From IMG/VR virus record IMGVR_UViG_3300025141_000016, positions 1-64,000 of that record: a stretch of 64,000 nt of DNA; one strand, written 5' to 3'. The translations under genes and the position numbers were made by a program. Within the stretch, counting starts at the first letter, position 1; every line of letters starts with the position of its first letter. The notes under the pieces were generated by a model. The model saw only the letters and a program-made list of their open reading frames with translations. It was not told where the DNA came from and did no database searches. Shown here piece by piece: positions 18,659 to 28,207 of the stretch.

Positions 18659-19060
18659 ATGAGCACGCTCACTCGCCACGGTGCCCGCAATCTAACTGCG
18701 GCTATCGACCGGATCGCTTCCGCAGTTCAAGACAACCCCACGATGTTGGGCATTGATCCCAAGATCGCCAAGGATTTCGCCTATCGCTGCGATCTGATTT
18801 CGGATGCGGTTGAGACAAAGGCTGTCTCCAACTTCCCCAAGCAGGGTGAGGCGGCAGTACAGGAAATCGGAGCCGAGACAACCGGTCCCGTCTATGAGGA
18901 GGATGCGAGCCCTGACCTGAAGGGTCAGTTCACGCAGGAATCCTTTACCGAGTTGACCGACATCGCGGAGAAACTGGAAAAGGCGGCTTCCGCCATCGCT
19001 TCTTCTCTCTCGTCGGCCCCGTCGCAGGTTGCTGACCACGGGTTCAATCTCACCAAGTGA
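18659..19060 (+). CDS. Hypothetical head-cluster protein
   Basis: Start reassigned to ATG 18659 (RBS GGAGA). Contains DRIAS and EKAAS motifs. Confidence 0.7.
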   Translation: MSTLTRHGARNLTAAIDRIASAVQDNPTMLGIDPKIAKDFAYRCDLISDAVETKAVSNFPKQGEAAVQEIGAETTGPVYEEDASPDLKGQFTQESFTELTDIAEKLEKAASAIASSLSSAPSQVADHGFNLTK

Positions 19061-19075
19061 CCCGAGGGGTGTCCT

Positions 19076-19609
19076 TTGCGCCGTAACGCCGTAAATAATG
19101 TCAACTGGCAGCAGCGAGCCCTCGCCTTTCAGGTTGGGGACGTTGTGGGGCCGTTTGGCCTATTCGATGCACAGTCGGGCCGCGTCACAGCGGTTTGGCC
19201 TGCCATCGGTATGGTTGATGTGGAGATGGCCTCGGGCAACAAGCGGTATCCAGTCGAAGACCTCCAGCGATTTGACAGTGAGGGTGATTCAGAACCCCCC
19301 TACACTGACTCTGCCCCAGGTGGGCAGCCCACAGTACAGGTGCCCGGTGGCCCCGTTGACAAGTCGGCGGCTCGGGTGGCATATGCCTATCGCAAGGCAA
19401 TCTACTGGGCTGACAAGGACCGACAGTACAGGGCCAACCGAGATGAAATGGCCTCGGGCCAGCCTGGATGCCCTCGTTGTGAAGAACAGCCCCATCTCCG
19501 ACGGGCAGTCTACAAGCGACGTGATGGCAGCAGTGAACGTCTCCTGGGATGCCCAGGTTGCATGTTCCTCATCAAGAGATCCGACATTATGAACCTTGGC
19601 GGCGAGTAA
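19076..19609 (+). CDS. SH3-like + zinc-ribbon head-cluster protein
   Basis: FQVGDVV..GRVTAVWP..VDVE; linker SAARVAYAYRKA; CPRC...CPGC. Confidence 0.65.
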   Translation: MRRNAVNNVNWQQRALAFQVGDVVGPFGLFDAQSGRVTAVWPAIGMVDVEMASGNKRYPVEDLQRFDSEGDSEPPYTDSAPGGQPTVQVPGGPVDKSAARVAYAYRKAIYWADKDRQYRANRDEMASGQPGCPRCEEQPHLRRAVYKRRDGSSERLLGCPGCMFLIKRSDIMNLGGE

Positions 19610-21045
19610 TGGCGTTCTTGAAGCAGGCGAAGGCAGTTGTCGTCCATCCTCGCATTAGCGGGCGTGTGTGGGGAGGTATCCGTAAGGCTGCTTCTGGTCC
19701 CACGCGGGATCTGACAGCCCAGGCTCGGGAGATTCTGGGTGAGGGCCTTCATTCGGACGACTATCTGGTCACCCACTGCACCATCGTTGCCTCGGTGGAT
19801 GTGGATGCGGTGCCTGGAGTTCGCCTGGGCAACGTCAAGATCGGTAGCGCCACGGTCAACAGGAAGTGGGACGACTACTACATCAAGCCCCAATGCTCCC
19901 AGTTCGTAAACAACAACGGTGACGCTTGGTCCCGGTCGGTGTTGCGGATGGCGTACCCCACGTTTATCGGGGGGCACAACTTCCAAGAGCACGTCCAGAT
20001 TGAGGAACAGAGCAAGGGTCGGATCATCGACGCTGTTGCTCGTGACATAGGGGATTCCCTCTATGTGGACATTCTGGTCGCCACCAGCCGCAAGCACGCC
20101 GCTCTGGTCCAAGACATTCAGTCTGGAAAGATGGCTACCCTGTCGATGGGTTGCACCACTGACTTCACCGTCTGTACCAAGTGCGGCCACTATGCCGTCG
20201 ATGAGACGCAGTTGTGTGAGCACGTTCGCTACGCCAAACTCAATACCTTCATGGATGAGGCTGGGCAGAAGCGGGTCATCGCGGAGTTGTGTGGACACCA
20301 GACCTACGACGAGAACCCTGATGCGCCCGGTGGGGTCAGATTCATTGAAGCCTCATGGGTTGCGGTGCCAGCGTTTGCTGGGGCAGTGATGCGGAACATC
20401 CTCGCTCCTGGCGAGGTGGTTGAAGCCGAAGTCCGTAAGGTCATGGCTTCACCTCCTACCGAGTGGTCTTCACAAGCTGTGGTCAAAGCCGCCAACCTTC
20501 GTGGTGTCCAAGCCTTTGAGTTTGGGGACGAGGAGGGTGAAGGAGAGGGTGAAGGAGGGGGAGAGCCCGCTGCCGATGACGCTGCTCCTTTCCAAGCGGC
20601 TGAAGACACCCTCTACAATGCTTTGAAAAGTCGGGTGGTTGAGCGTCTACAGCGAGAGATCGCACAAGAGAACGTGGAAGACGAGATGGGGTCCGAGGCC
20701 CCAATGGACCCCAACGACAACATCATCAAGGAAGGAGCAGCGCAGAACTATGCCGCATCCCTCCAGATGATGACCCGTGTCGCATCCAGCCCTATTGCCC
20801 TCATTGATGGGGTCGCCACGATCAACTCTTCCTACGGGATTCGGGTAGGTCGTGACGTATATCGAACCGCTTTGCGGGTAGGGGCTCATAGCCAATACCC
20901 TTCCCTTACCCATTTCCGACGAGCGTGCCGCAAGGTTGCTGGTCGCGATTTGTCCTCTGCCGAGATCCGGGTTGTTGTCCGGCTTGGCTCGCTGCTCTCA
21001 CGGTGGGAGCAACACAACAACCCTCCAACCACCCAATCTGAATAG
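19609..21045 (+). CDS. Prohead (maturation) protease, assemblin/HK97 fold with Zn-ribbon insert
   Basis: TAATG coupling. HNFQEH, SMGC..CTKCG..CEH and FIEASWVAVPAF. Lies directly upstream of the scaffold and MCP genes. Confidence 0.75.
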   Translation: MAFLKQAKAVVVHPRISGRVWGGIRKAASGPTRDLTAQAREILGEGLHSDDYLVTHCTIVASVDVDAVPGVRLGNVKIGSATVNRKWDDYYIKPQCSQFVNNNGDAWSRSVLRMAYPTFIGGHNFQEHVQIEEQSKGRIIDAVARDIGDSLYVDILVATSRKHAALVQDIQSGKMATLSMGCTTDFTVCTKCGHYAVDETQLCEHVRYAKLNTFMDEAGQKRVIAELCGHQTYDENPDAPGGVRFIEASWVAVPAFAGAVMRNILAPGEVVEAEVRKVMASPPTEWSSQAVVKAANLRGVQAFEFGDEEGEGEGEGGGEPAADDAAPFQAAEDTLYNALKSRVVERLQREIAQENVEDEMGSEAPMDPNDNIIKEGAAQNYAASLQMMTRVASSPIALIDGVATINSSYGIRVGRDVYRTALRVGAHSQYPSLTHFRRACRKVAGRDLSSAEIRVVVRLGSLLSRWEQHNNPPTTQSE

Positions 21046-21054
21046 GAGACTGCC

Positions 21055-22431
21055 ATGCGCCGTCGTATGACTTGGAATGACACAGGGGATGCTCGGCAGC
21101 GTCGGGCCTCCAGTACCGAAACCCCCAACACGAAGAACGCCGAATGGGGCGAAGACCCCCATCCTGGCCCTTACGAGAACGGAGAGCACCCGGCCACCCC
21201 CGACGAGGAATCGTCTCACCCGGCAGCCAAGGCAGCAGCCCTGGAGCGCAAGGCGGCGAAGTGCATTCGCATCGCCACTGCTATGCTTGGTGAAGGCGCG
21301 ACCGTGGCCGCCATCGAAGATCAGGCTCTCGTGCTCATGGACCTCCCTGACCGCTCCATCAAGGCCAGCCTTTCCCGTATCGCCGGAGACGACGATATGG
21401 ACGAGGATCTGGACGACGATGATGCCGCCGCTGCGGAAGGTGTCGAGGAGGCCAAGGGCAAGAAAGCCTACGTTCGGATGCTGGAGCAGCGCGTTGCTCG
21501 GATGGAGCGTATCCTCACTCGTCTCGCAGACAGCGAAGACCCCGAGGGCGATGACGACGACGACGGCAGCGAAGATCCCGGTGAGGAGGCCAAGGGCAAG
21601 AAGGCCCGCGCTCTCCGCGCCAAGGCCCTCCGTATGCTCCGACTCGCTGACGAGGAAGAAGCATCTGACGAGGAAGAAGCATCCGACGAGGAGGAGGCCA
21701 AGGGCAAGAAAGCCCGCCGCCGCCGACTCGCTGATGACGAGGAGGCTTCCGACGAGGAGGCTTCCGACGAGGAGGCATCCGACGAGGAGGAGGCCAAGGG
21801 CAAGAAGGCCCGCGCTCTCCGCGCCAAGGCCCTCCGTATGCTCCGACTCGCTGACGAGGAGGAGGCTTCCGACGAGGAGGCTTCCGACGAGGAGGAGGCC
21901 AAGGGCAAGAAGTCGGCTGGATACATGGACGAGGAATCCATGCTGGACGAGATGTTGCTGGAGGAGATGCTTGCCGAGGAGTCCATGCACGAGGAAGGTC
22001 ACATCGTTGAGACTGCCGACGAGTCCATGGGCGACGAGATGGTCGAGGTCAGCATTGATCCCGTTGGTGACCCCATGGGACTCATGGAAGGCGACCTCAT
22101 GGCCGAGGACGAGATGATGGTTCTTGCCAAGCTGTTCGGAAAGGAAGGCGGCGAGGCTGACGAGGACAAGGCTGAAAAGGAAGACCACGACAAGGGTGCC
22201 ATCAAGGATGATGAGGACCACATCGCGGATCTGGAGGAAGACAAGGATGAGGACAAGGAGGACTTGGCAAAGGAAGAGTCCAAGGGCAAGAAAGCTGCCC
22301 GTCGTCCCCAGCCCAAGCGAGCCAGCGCAGGCGCGACCCGTCTGGGCGGTGTCTCCAAGGAAGCCGCTTCCGAGATCAGTGACCTCTCCCAGCTTTGGGA
22401 GTCTGCCCCTGACGTGAGCAAGTTCTTCTAA
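21055..22431 (+). CDS. Scaffolding protein (highly acidic, repetitive)
   Basis: Glu/Asp-rich with EEAKGKK, ASDEE and RMLRLAD repeats. Lies between the protease and decoration/MCP genes. Confidence 0.75.
   Translation: MRRRMTWNDTGDARQRRASSTETPNTKNAEWGEDPHPGPYENGEHPATPDEESSHPAAKAAALERKAAKCIRIATAMLGEGATVAAIEDQALVLMDLPDRSIKASLSRIAGDDDMDEDLDDDDAAAAEGVEEAKGKKAYVRMLEQRVARMERILTRLADSEDPEGDDDDDGSEDPGEEAKGKKARALRAKALRMLRLADEEEASDEEEASDEEEAKGKKARRRRLADDEEASDEEASDEEASDEEEAKGKKARALRAKALRMLRLADEEEASDEEASDEEEAKGKKSAGYMDEESMLDEMLLEEMLAEESMHEEGHIVETADESMGDEMVEVSIDPVGDPMGLMEGDLMAEDEMMVLAKLFGKEGGEADEDKAEKEDHDKGAIKDDEDHIADLEEDKDEDKEDLAKEESKGKKAARRPQPKRASAGATRLGGVSKEAASEISDLSQLWESAPDVSKFF
21583..21900 (+). repeat. 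Scaffold internal repeats, including a ~74-bp duplicated block (~21583-21656 and ~21787-21860)
   Basis: GAGGAGGCCAAGGGCAAGAAGGCCCGCGCTCTCCGCGCCAAGGCCCTCCGTATGCTCCGACTCGCTGACGAGGA occurs twice, with short TCCGACGAGGAG repeats. Confidence 0.85.
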
Positions 22432-22457
22432 ATCGACCCTCCGGGCCGACGATCTAT

Positions 22458-22496
22458 GAAGACCCCCCCTCGGACTTGTCCGGGTGGGGGTCTTTC
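22458..22496 (+). terminator. Intrinsic terminator after the scaffold gene
   Basis: Hairpin GAAGACCCCC..CGGAC-TT-GTCCG..GGGGGTCTTTC. Confidence 0.65.
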
Positions 22497-22684
22497 ACGT
22501 CGGGGGGGAGGACTTTCCCTCTTTCCGGGTCGATTTACCCTGGGGGTTCAATAGGCCGCCTATACCCACCCCCTATGTGTAGGCGGAAACGTCTTTCATG
22601 GTCGTAGCGGTAATCGTTGCGGCTTTTACAAACCCTCGCCCCTGTAAACAGGGAGCACAAGCCCCCCCTCATTAGGAGATCATC

Positions 22685-23323
22685 ATGGCTTTGCTTGGAC
22701 AGGCATCGGGTGGTTGGACCGAGAGTTCTTCGGCGCTTCGTATTCTGCATGTCGGAATCCGAAACACCGTCGGTATCCTCACGGCTGACGCATTCACCCA
22801 GACAAACCCCGTTGGCATCAGCAGCAGCGGTTCTTTCTCAACCTCCAACGGTATGAACACGGCCACCCTTGGTGTGCTCGGTGGTTCTGTTGCCTACGCT
22901 CGCCCGGATGGCGGCTCCAACGAAATCGGTGGGCCTTCCAATACTGGCGCTGCGGCCAGCATCGCCACTCCCCCCGTCGGAGTCAATGACGTTCGTCCAC
23001 TCGGCGTGTTCCTGAACACGGCAGTCGGCCTCGCCTACGAGAACACCCCTGGTGTTGCTTCTGGCAAGGGACCGTATGTCTCGGGTCAGGGAACCTACGC
23101 CAACAGTCTCTTTGAGTCACAGACTCTTGCGGCTGGCTTCGCGGCTCTCACCTACACGACCGGTGAGCATCTGTACAGTTCGATGAACGGCTATCTCACG
23201 AATGTCGTCACCGACCGCTACGGCCTTTTCCTTCCTGCTGGTGCTGAAACCACCGTCATCGGTATCTTGAAGATGCCTGCCGACGCGGTTCAGGCTGAAA
23301 TGGTCTACGACCAGCGCATCTGA
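22685..23323 (+). CDS. Head decoration/cement protein
   Basis: RBS AGGAGA, immediately upstream of the MCP. Gly/Ala/Thr-rich; paralog of 2087..2662. Confidence 0.65.
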   Translation: MALLGQASGGWTESSSALRILHVGIRNTVGILTADAFTQTNPVGISSSGSFSTSNGMNTATLGVLGGSVAYARPDGGSNEIGGPSNTGAAASIATPPVGVNDVRPLGVFLNTAVGLAYENTPGVASGKGPYVSGQGTYANSLFESQTLAAGFAALTYTTGEHLYSSMNGYLTNVVTDRYGLFLPAGAETTVIGILKMPADAVQAEMVYDQRI

Positions 23324-23353
23324 TCAACCACCTTCCCACATTTGGAGACAATC

Positions 23354-24226
23354 ATGTCCGTATCGAACTCTGTGAAGGCCAAGCTGATCAGCGACTACAT
23401 TAGTACCGCCGCTGGTCGGGCCAAGTTGGCCGCCTCAATGACTCAACCCCTCCGGCTTCGCCGGGACTACCATAGTGTAGGTAGAAAGACCTTTTTGGTC
23501 GAGCAGTTGCCAGATGGCGCTCTGCCTATCTACGATAAAGACCCCGATGTTACGGCATTCGTGGTCGGTGAGGAAGGTGAGAACATCATCGCCGTCACCA
23601 AGCCCCGTCGTGTCATCTTCCCTCTCTTTGAGATCGCCTCCAACCCGGAGATCCCACTGACGCAGGTGAAGGAACGTCGCTTCGATCTCATCGAGCGGTC
23701 GCAGGACCTCGCTCGTGCCCAGATCCAGGCTGCTGAAGACGAGCGTGTCTTCGCCACCCTCGATGCTGTCGCTGCCAACGGCTTCGACTCGGTTGGTGCG
23801 GTCAACGCCGACACCGCCGTCGTCGCACCGATCAGTGGTGACGTGCTCGCGGATGCTTTCTCGCTCATCGAACGCCACGATCTGCGTGTTGCTCGCGTCT
23901 TTATGAACGCTCGCGACTACGCCGATCTGCGGAAGTTTGGCCGGGACATTCTCGACATCGAAACCCAGCGCGACCTGTTGAAGACTGGTCTGATGGCAAC
24001 CCTTTGGGGAGCCCAGATCATCGTCAGCCGCCTCGTGCCGGTCGGCACCGTGTACGTCTGCTGTGAGCCCGAGATGTTCGGTCGGATGCCTGTCCGTACC
24101 GAGTTGACGGTCCTCTCGGCTGACGATCCCAAGGCGCGGACCATCGGGTTCAGTTGCTTTGAGAACCTGGGCATCGGTTGTTTCAACCCGCGTGGCCTCG
24201 CTCGTCTGACTGTCACCCGTCCGTAG
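23354..24226 (+). CDS. Major capsid protein (HK97 fold)
   Basis: Start ATG 23354 (RBS GGAGA), about 290 aa. GRKTFLVEQLPDGALPIYDKD, FEIASNPEI, AQIQAAEDERVF and WGAQIIVS..VPVG. Followed by a strong terminator. Confidence 0.85.
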   Translation: MSVSNSVKAKLISDYISTAAGRAKLAASMTQPLRLRRDYHSVGRKTFLVEQLPDGALPIYDKDPDVTAFVVGEEGENIIAVTKPRRVIFPLFEIASNPEIPLTQVKERRFDLIERSQDLARAQIQAAEDERVFATLDAVAANGFDSVGAVNADTAVVAPISGDVLADAFSLIERHDLRVARVFMNARDYADLRKFGRDILDIETQRDLLKTGLMATLWGAQIIVSRLVPVGTVYVCCEPEMFGRMPVRTELTVLSADDPKARTIGFSCFENLGIGCFNPRGLARLTVTRP

Positions 24227-24254
24227 TCCCTGACTACTCGGTCGTTTTGACCCT

Positions 24255-24290
24255 GGAACCCCTACCGGACTTGCTCCGGTAGGGGTTTCC
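24255..24290. terminator. Bidirectional terminator after the MCP gene
   Basis: 13-bp stem AACCCCTACCGGA-CTTGC-TCCGGTAGGGGTT between convergent genes. Confidence 0.8.
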
Positions 24291-24299
24291 TCGTCTTGG

Positions 24300-25043
24300 T
24301 TACCGTAGAGAGGGCGGGAGCCGTAGGTCTTCGGTGGCCATCAGGAGTTCGCGGGCAGGCCCGTAGGGCTCTGTGAACCCGAACGTCTCGATGAGGGGGG
24401 CATCCGCCTTCGCAACCCATCCCAGCATTTCCTCGTCGTACAGCTTGGCTGCATCGGGGATGTGGTGTTGGGGTCGGTGGGAAGCGCAGTTCTGGGATTG
24501 GATGGCTTCAATCATCTCGCGGGGCCTGTTGAGTAAGAGGGCCATTCCCTCTTTCAGCCTGGAGGAGTCGAGGAACATGGCTGGGCGGGGAGGTCTGCCG
24601 TAAACGTACCGGAAGGTCCAACTACACAACCCAAGCCCTGACCCCAAGTAGTTGTTGAGGGCACCCTCGTAGTGGTCCTGCATCACATCCCAGACCACAG
24701 TGAAGTTGTCGGGCATCTCTTCCACGTCGAGGGGGTGGGTGAGCCCGAACAACACGTCGCGGAACTCGTTGCTCCCGTTGCCAAACTTGATCAGGTCGTC
24801 CTTCATCCCCCATAGACAGTGCTGATAGAACGACAGATACCATGACCATGGGTCGCGGACGGTTCCGAACAACATCCGATTCTGCAACGCGCTGACCGGG
24901 ATCTCACTCGGGGGTCCGTGTTTCTTCGGCCCTTGGACACAGATGCCGCCCACATCAGGGATGCGGACCATAATCCTCCCGACGGTGGTCCCTCCTGTCT
25001 TTGGCATGTGCCAGTAGGCGAGGTTGTCGGTGACGTAAATCAT
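24300..25043 (-). CDS. Sulfotransferase family protein
   Basis: 5'-PSB-like YWHMPKTGGTTV and 3'-PB-like FGTVRDPWSWYLSFY. Confidence 0.8.
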   Translation of the reverse strand: MIYVTDNLAYWHMPKTGGTTVGRIMVRIPDVGGICVQGPKKHGPPSEIPVSALQNRMLFGTVRDPWSWYLSFYQHCLWGMKDDLIKFGNGSNEFRDVLFGLTHPLDVEEMPDNFTVVWDVMQDHYEGALNNYLGSGLGLCSWTFRYVYGRPPRPAMFLDSSRLKEGMALLLNRPREMIEAIQSQNCASHRPQHHIPDAAKLYDEEMLGWVAKADAPLIETFGFTEPYGPARELLMATEDLRLPPSLR

Positions 25044-25163
25044 AAGGTTCTCTTGGTGGGTGCGTACTGCTAAATGTTACCCGCCGTGTGAAGGTATGAG
25101 CCGACACCCTCTCGTGGCGGGTACAAGTATAGGTGAGCGTGTAGGTACAGAGATGGAGGCATC

Positions 25164-25328
25164 ATGGCGTTCCGAAAAACAAGCGTTGCCGTGGAACCCC
25201 CCACGCCAGTTGACCTTCCGGCCCCCGCCGTCGGGGAAATCCGTGATGACGGGAAGGTCTGGGATGGGGGGAAGTGGATCCCACAGGATGAGTGGAAAGC
25301 ACGAGAAATGGACCAAGGCGCAACCTAA
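25164..25328 (+). CDS. Small hypothetical protein (54 aa), absent from the ORF track
   Basis: RBS GGAGG. MAFRKTSVAVEPP...DDGKVWDGGKWIPQDEWK; its TAA abuts ATG 25329. Confidence 0.65.
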   Translation: MAFRKTSVAVEPPTPVDLPAPAVGEIRDDGKVWDGGKWIPQDEWKAREMDQGAT

Positions 25329-25640
25329 ATGACGCTTATGAGCCTGCTTGCGGCCTACGGCCTCTGCTTTGGCCTGATGAATGACAAGGCCAAGTGGATC
25401 ACCGATAGGCTGATCGCCCTCCCACTACGCAAGGACGGGGAGGGGGCGACCCTCTTTGGCCGGATGTTCGCGTGCCCGTATTGCACGGGGTTTCACGCAG
25501 GATGGGTTGTGTGGGTAGGGGTGTCACCTGAAGTGGTTGGGAGTTTGGTCTGGGCCATTGGCATCCTGACGTTTGCCTTTGCCTCGGCTGCTTTCTGCTA
25601 CGCCTTGGACACCGCCTTGCGGTGGATAGAGGAAAGATGA
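25329..25640 (+). CDS. Small membrane protein (DUF1360-like)
   Basis: Hydrophobic segments and FACPYCTGFHAG motif. Confidence 0.6.
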   Translation: MTLMSLLAAYGLCFGLMNDKAKWITDRLIALPLRKDGEGATLFGRMFACPYCTGFHAGWVVWVGVSPEVVGSLVWAIGILTFAFASAAFCYALDTALRWIEER

Positions 25641-25912
25641 TGGACAACATTTTATGTCCCGTTGAACTGGGAGGCTCCTCTTTTGGGGAGTACGCCAATG
25701 CCTTTCGTGTCATGCAGGATGGCCAAGACATTCTGCTTGATTTCTGCGTCTACTCCGAAGAGGGGAACAAGGCGCGGCTTGTGTCAAGGGTAAGGGTAAG
25801 CCATGCGTTTCTTGGGGTGATCTTGGATCGTCTGAAACAGGACACAACCCCAGTGGAGGACGATCAGGGCAAGACTCTCTTCATCCTCCCACCGGTAACA
25901 GGCGAGAACTGA
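25637..25912 (+). CDS. Hypothetical protein (DUF3467-like)
   Basis: ATGA overlap with the previous gene; YANAFRV..QDILLDF motif. Confidence 0.55.
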   Translation: MMDNILCPVELGGSSFGEYANAFRVMQDGQDILLDFCVYSEEGNKARLVSRVRVSHAFLGVILDRLKQDTTPVEDDQGKTLFILPPVTGEN

Positions 25913-25967
25913 ATCTACTACCGCAACTTCGCGGGTATCTATGAAGGTAAGGGACAAGGAGACCTCC

Positions 25968-26855
25968 ATGAACTACACCAAGGGCGAGTTTCAACATTTC
26001 CGGGCCATCACCAAGATTCACCTGGGGGCTATCAGCGATAACCTCTATGAAGGTGAGGAGGTCGCCTATGACGGCTACACCATGAAGCGTGGGGAGGATG
26101 ATCATGCTCTCCACACTCTGCGTGCTGCGGTCAAGGTAGGCTGGCTCGTTCCCGTTGAAGCCCCCGAGACGCAATATGTTCCGCAACCGGCTGGGGTCAA
26201 GGTCCATCGCGCTGATGGGCTCTCAACGGAGGAGATTGGAATCCCCACCATCACACAAGAAGACGTGTATGTGGGTGATCTGCGCGAGGTGCGTCCCGAT
26301 AACGCCCTGCCCATGCACAAAGCCTCCAAGGCTGGGGAGTTGCGTAGCGAGGGGAAGCCGGACAAGCCCAAGAACCCTGATGAGGGGGTGGTTGTGTCTA
26401 CCTTCAAGACGGCAGCGAAGGCGGCGACCGTCGAGGTAGGGAAGGATGATCGGCGTATCGTGCAAGAGTTGGACAACAAGACCAGCGTGGACGCGGAACG
26501 GACGGCCATCGCTACAGGTGACGTGGATGAACCCATTGGGGGACATGACCTCACGGAACTTCTCCCTGATGCTGCTTCCTCTGGAACTCCCGAGGCTGGT
26601 GTTGCTGGTGAGGGGAGGGGAGATGAGGCAGACTCCCGAGCAGCCCAGATCAACACGTCCTCGGAAAGCCCTCTCGCTCACATCCGCCAGTTCATCCCTG
26701 GTTTTGAGTGGGACATGGACATTCAATGGGCCAAGCGGGCCAAGATTGCCTGTGAGAAGTACGGCCACATCCCGCCTGTGCTCGCGTACATCAAGTCCGT
26801 CGAGACGGACACGGTGAAAAAGCACATTGAAAGCCGCATGGCTGGGAACAAGTAG
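25968..26855 (+). CDS. Hypothetical protein
   Basis: Start reassigned to ATG 25968 (RBS AAGGAG). Coding-like composition. Confidence 0.7.
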   Translation: MNYTKGEFQHFRAITKIHLGAISDNLYEGEEVAYDGYTMKRGEDDHALHTLRAAVKVGWLVPVEAPETQYVPQPAGVKVHRADGLSTEEIGIPTITQEDVYVGDLREVRPDNALPMHKASKAGELRSEGKPDKPKNPDEGVVVSTFKTAAKAATVEVGKDDRRIVQELDNKTSVDAERTAIATGDVDEPIGGHDLTELLPDAASSGTPEAGVAGEGRGDEADSRAAQINTSSESPLAHIRQFIPGFEWDMDIQWAKRAKIACEKYGHIPPVLAYIKSVETDTVKKHIESRMAGNK

Positions 26856-26861
26856 GGCTAA

Positions 26862-26876
26862 CGGTAGATTCCCTAT
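26862..26876 (+). promoter_or_regulatory. Late-type motif
   Basis: CGGTAG ATTCC CTAT. Confidence 0.7.
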
Positions 26877-26906
26877 CATCCGCCCCAGGGCAAGTAAGGA
26901 GGCACC

Positions 26907-27446
26907 ATGCGACACACCTTGTTCGCTCTGATCTTATTCGTTTCTGCTCTCTCTGCTCCTGTGGCCTACGCCCAGGAAGGGGCACCCCCCGATGCGGTGG
27001 AGGTTTCTGACGAGGCCAAGGTCGAGGCCGAGGAAGCAGCCGCAGAGAACCAACCCGCTATTGAGGCTTCGGATGAGGCTTCGGATGAGGCTCCCACGGA
27101 AGGTGAGGCACCATCCGAGGAAGACCTTGAAGCTACGGCAGATAGCACCAGTATGCTGGTCCAGGCTCTCCAGAACAAACAGTGGGGCCTTGCCATCGGC
27201 ATGATGCTCTGTCTCCTCGTTGCTTTTGCCAATAAGTTTGGCATGAAGGACAAGGTGGGGTCCAAGGCTGTGCCCTGGGTCACCTCCGGTATCGCGGTTG
27301 CAGGCGCAATCGGCGCGGCTCTGATGAGTGGCGTGGCGATCACCGAGGCTCTGACGCAGGGGCTTGTAGCCGGTATGACGGCTATTGGTGGATGGGAGAT
27401 GGTGCTGAAACACATCTTCAAGAAGAACGAATCGGCCTCCAGTTAG
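26907..27446 (+). CDS. Signal-peptide membrane protein (holin-like or envelope protein)
   Basis: N-terminal signal ending AYA, acidic linker and 3-4 hydrophobic helices. RBS AAGGAGG. Confidence 0.6.
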   Translation: MRHTLFALILFVSALSAPVAYAQEGAPPDAVEVSDEAKVEAEEAAAENQPAIEASDEASDEAPTEGEAPSEEDLEATADSTSMLVQALQNKQWGLAIGMMLCLLVAFANKFGMKDKVGSKAVPWVTSGIAVAGAIGAALMSGVAITEALTQGLVAGMTAIGGWEMVLKHIFKKNESASS

Positions 27447-27462
27447 GGGCCAGGAGAGTCCC

Positions 27463-28101
27463 ATGAGTGTTGCCCATCGTGATCGTTTCCAGCGCCCTGG
27501 AGAGGAGGCCCATATTGGTCTTGCCCTCACCCATGCTGCTGACCTTGCCCCCGTGAAGGGAGAGGTGTTCATCAAGGTGGTGGACGCTCCTACGGGGGAG
27601 GTGCTGCATGAGGAGCACATCCAGAACGTGATCACGCTTGATGCGGGTATCCTCGCGGCTATCCTGCTTCGCGACCCCGAGTCCCGAACCCATGGGTTCA
27701 ACATGTTGGCGGTGGGAACGGGGGCCACAGGAGCAATCCTGTCTCCCGATGCTGCCGACCCCAAGCAGCGGAAGTTGAACGCCGAGATTGAGCGTAAGGC
27801 TTGGTCCAGCACCACTTTCCGAGATGCGAGCGGGGCGGCTGTGGCGATCCCTACCAATGTCGTGGACTACACAGTCACGTTCGATGAGGGGGAAGCGGTG
27901 GGTCCGTTGAACGAGATGGGCATTGTGAGCACCATCTCTTCCAACGTGGCGATCACCAACCCCAACCCGGACACCTTTCCGACGCGGGATCTCGCTCGGG
28001 ACTTGACCCTCTACGACATTCTGGGCAACTACCTGACTTTCAGCGTGATCAGCAAGCCGAACACCGCTCGGCTCACCATCACTTGGCGCATCACGCACTA
28101 A
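27463..28101 (+). CDS. Virion tail/baseplate-associated structural protein
   Basis: NVIT..G, LAVGTG, GEAVGPLNEMGI and KPNTARLTITWRIT resemble conserved phage tail-associated proteins. Confidence 0.6.
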   Translation: MSVAHRDRFQRPGEEAHIGLALTHAADLAPVKGEVFIKVVDAPTGEVLHEEHIQNVITLDAGILAAILLRDPESRTHGFNMLAVGTGATGAILSPDAADPKQRKLNAEIERKAWSSTTFRDASGAAVAIPTNVVDYTVTFDEGEAVGPLNEMGIVSTISSNVAITNPNPDTFPTRDLARDLTLYDILGNYLTFSVISKPNTARLTITWRITH

Positions 28102-28179
28102 CCAAGTAAGACGCGCCTACTGTCCGAAATCGGACAAACCACCGGCAGTGGTTTCTCTGGCCGCCGTCAGTGGTGAGAT

Positions 28180-28207
28180 GAAAGCCCAGGTTCTTCCTGG
28201 GCTTTTC
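28180..28207. terminator. Hairpin/terminator between convergent genes
   Basis: GAAAGCCCAGG-TTCTT-CCTGGGCTTTTC. Confidence 0.6.

Noticed and set aside
21583-21900. Repeat clusters (scaffold, DT lipoprotein, 48707-48960) as CRISPR arrays
   Set aside because: They are in-frame coding repeats without unique spacers of regular length, and no cas genes are present.
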